DNA of 63,975 nt, filler included, from Octopus bimaculoides (Eukaryota), in NCBI RefSeq assembly GCF_001194135.2. It is 7 parts of 7 records of this genome, joined end to end, with 100 filler letters (N's around TTAATTAATTAA, not from the genome) between each part and the next. Parts side by side here need not be neighbours in the genome. Positions count along the whole stretch, not along the records: positions 62,635 to 63,975 come from NW_026310678.1; 6 more parts are not named here. One strand, written 5' to 3'. The notes below the pieces were generated by a model that saw only the letters and a program-made list of their open reading frames with translations, was not told where the DNA came from and did no database searches. Of the stretch, positions 62,728 through 63,975 are shown piece by piece. The position numbers and the translations under genes are program-made. The stretch's first letter is position 1, and each line of letters starts with the position of its first letter.

Positions 62728-63488
62728 ATATGGATATATATGGTTGTACGTATGTATGGATATATGTATATGAATACACGCATGTACATATGTTCATAAA
62801 TATGTGATACGCACAAGTAAATTCGCCTGTTCATTTGCATGCGCATAAAGGGCGTATAATGACATAATTAAGCAGTATTATCTAGGTAGTCTGCTGAATT
62901 CAAGAACTTTCTTGACATTTTCGTGTTGCGAACATCTACGTTCCGATGGATTTGACGACATTCATGGATGAACGAACGCATAAACAGGCTGAATACTCCT
63001 CGTATTATCTTTTGATGGCCTTCACTGTTATTCGAACGAAATTCTATAGTTTAATTTTACGCAATTTTCTTTACATGGAACAGGTTGACCCAACGCATAG
63101 CAACGAAAGCATAGCTTCATGAGTGAGAATCAAACCACTTAACCAGCCAGAGATGCCGGTGTTGTTGTTAATGTTGTTGTTGTTGGAGGCACAAAAGTTT
63201 CATTTTCAAAAATTGAAGTGATGTCTATTAAACTGACATAGTTTTCTAGACAGGCATCAAAATTCTTACCAGAATGAATTACTGAGAGGCTACAAGTTAA
63301 GCATTGGTCCCCAGTGTTTGAATGTTTAACACCAACATTTTATTTTTGAAGTAGTCTACTGTTTCTTTCAATAAAGAGCAACCATAAATTTTAGGTATAT
63401 AGTCTATCTAGTTATCAAACACAGACACAGACACACATACACATACACACAAACACACACCACATATATACACATAACTGTAGGCGTG

Positions 63489-63520
<32 letters not shown>

Positions 63521-63975
63521 GCTAGCTAGCTATCTATCTTTATATATGTATGTGTGTGTGTGCGCGCATACACACACACACACAGACACATATATATATA
63601 TACAAGTTGCAGCTAGGCACCATTAAACTAAATAAAAGAAATACATCATAAGTTATCGAACCAAGCGATAAGTTTAGTATGCTCTGAAAATACAGAGCTA
63701 AGTGTTAAGTAAATGAGTTTAAAGGAAAATGAATGAAGATATTCAAGACAAATGACCCTGGTCTTGTTGTAGGGACACCATTGGGACGTGAAGCGTATGA
63801 AGGGCCTTTTGAAACCTGGCTGTGTTCATTCCACTCCATATCTGAACATCACCGATTTCTTAGAAAAGGGAGTTAAGCCTGGCAGACGTAAGGAGAGAAA
63901 GTGATAGAAAGAAAGGAAGACTCGATTTCCATTCGAATCTTGTATTTTATATAATGACCATGAAAACAAAAAAAA

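Overview
Animal (eukaryotic), very AT-rich, microsatellite-saturated intergenic or intronic DNA. The SINE families and the mix of RTE, Dong/R4, CR1, Tx1 and Penelope elements look like an octopus genome; this is an inference from remembered repeat families, not a database match. I recognise no host protein-coding exon, rRNA, genuine tRNA gene or CRISPR array, and most listed ORFs are translated microsatellites or N runs. Six identical 100-bp spacers (N44-TTAATTAATTAA-N44) show the window is seven separately assembled pieces. Recognisable content: several tRNA-derived SINE families; fragments of RTE, CR1, Dong/R4, Tx1/L1 and Penelope-like (PLE) retroelements; a decayed Ty3/Gypsy element with LTR and tRNA-Ser primer site; and several MITEs. 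Most notable: (1) type I hammerhead ribozymes, one structurally complete inside a non-coding, terminally redundant 501-bp-period unit (retrozyme/PLE-like), one overlapped by a 56-bp inverted repeat, plus decayed copies; (2) a 592-bp foldback MITE with an 8-bp TSD and a (CCCTAA)n-(TTAGGG)n telomeric palindrome at its centre; (3) a long, decayed RTE ORF2 ending in three C2H2 zinc fingers; (4) a head-to-tail array of five SINE bodies truncated at the same point.
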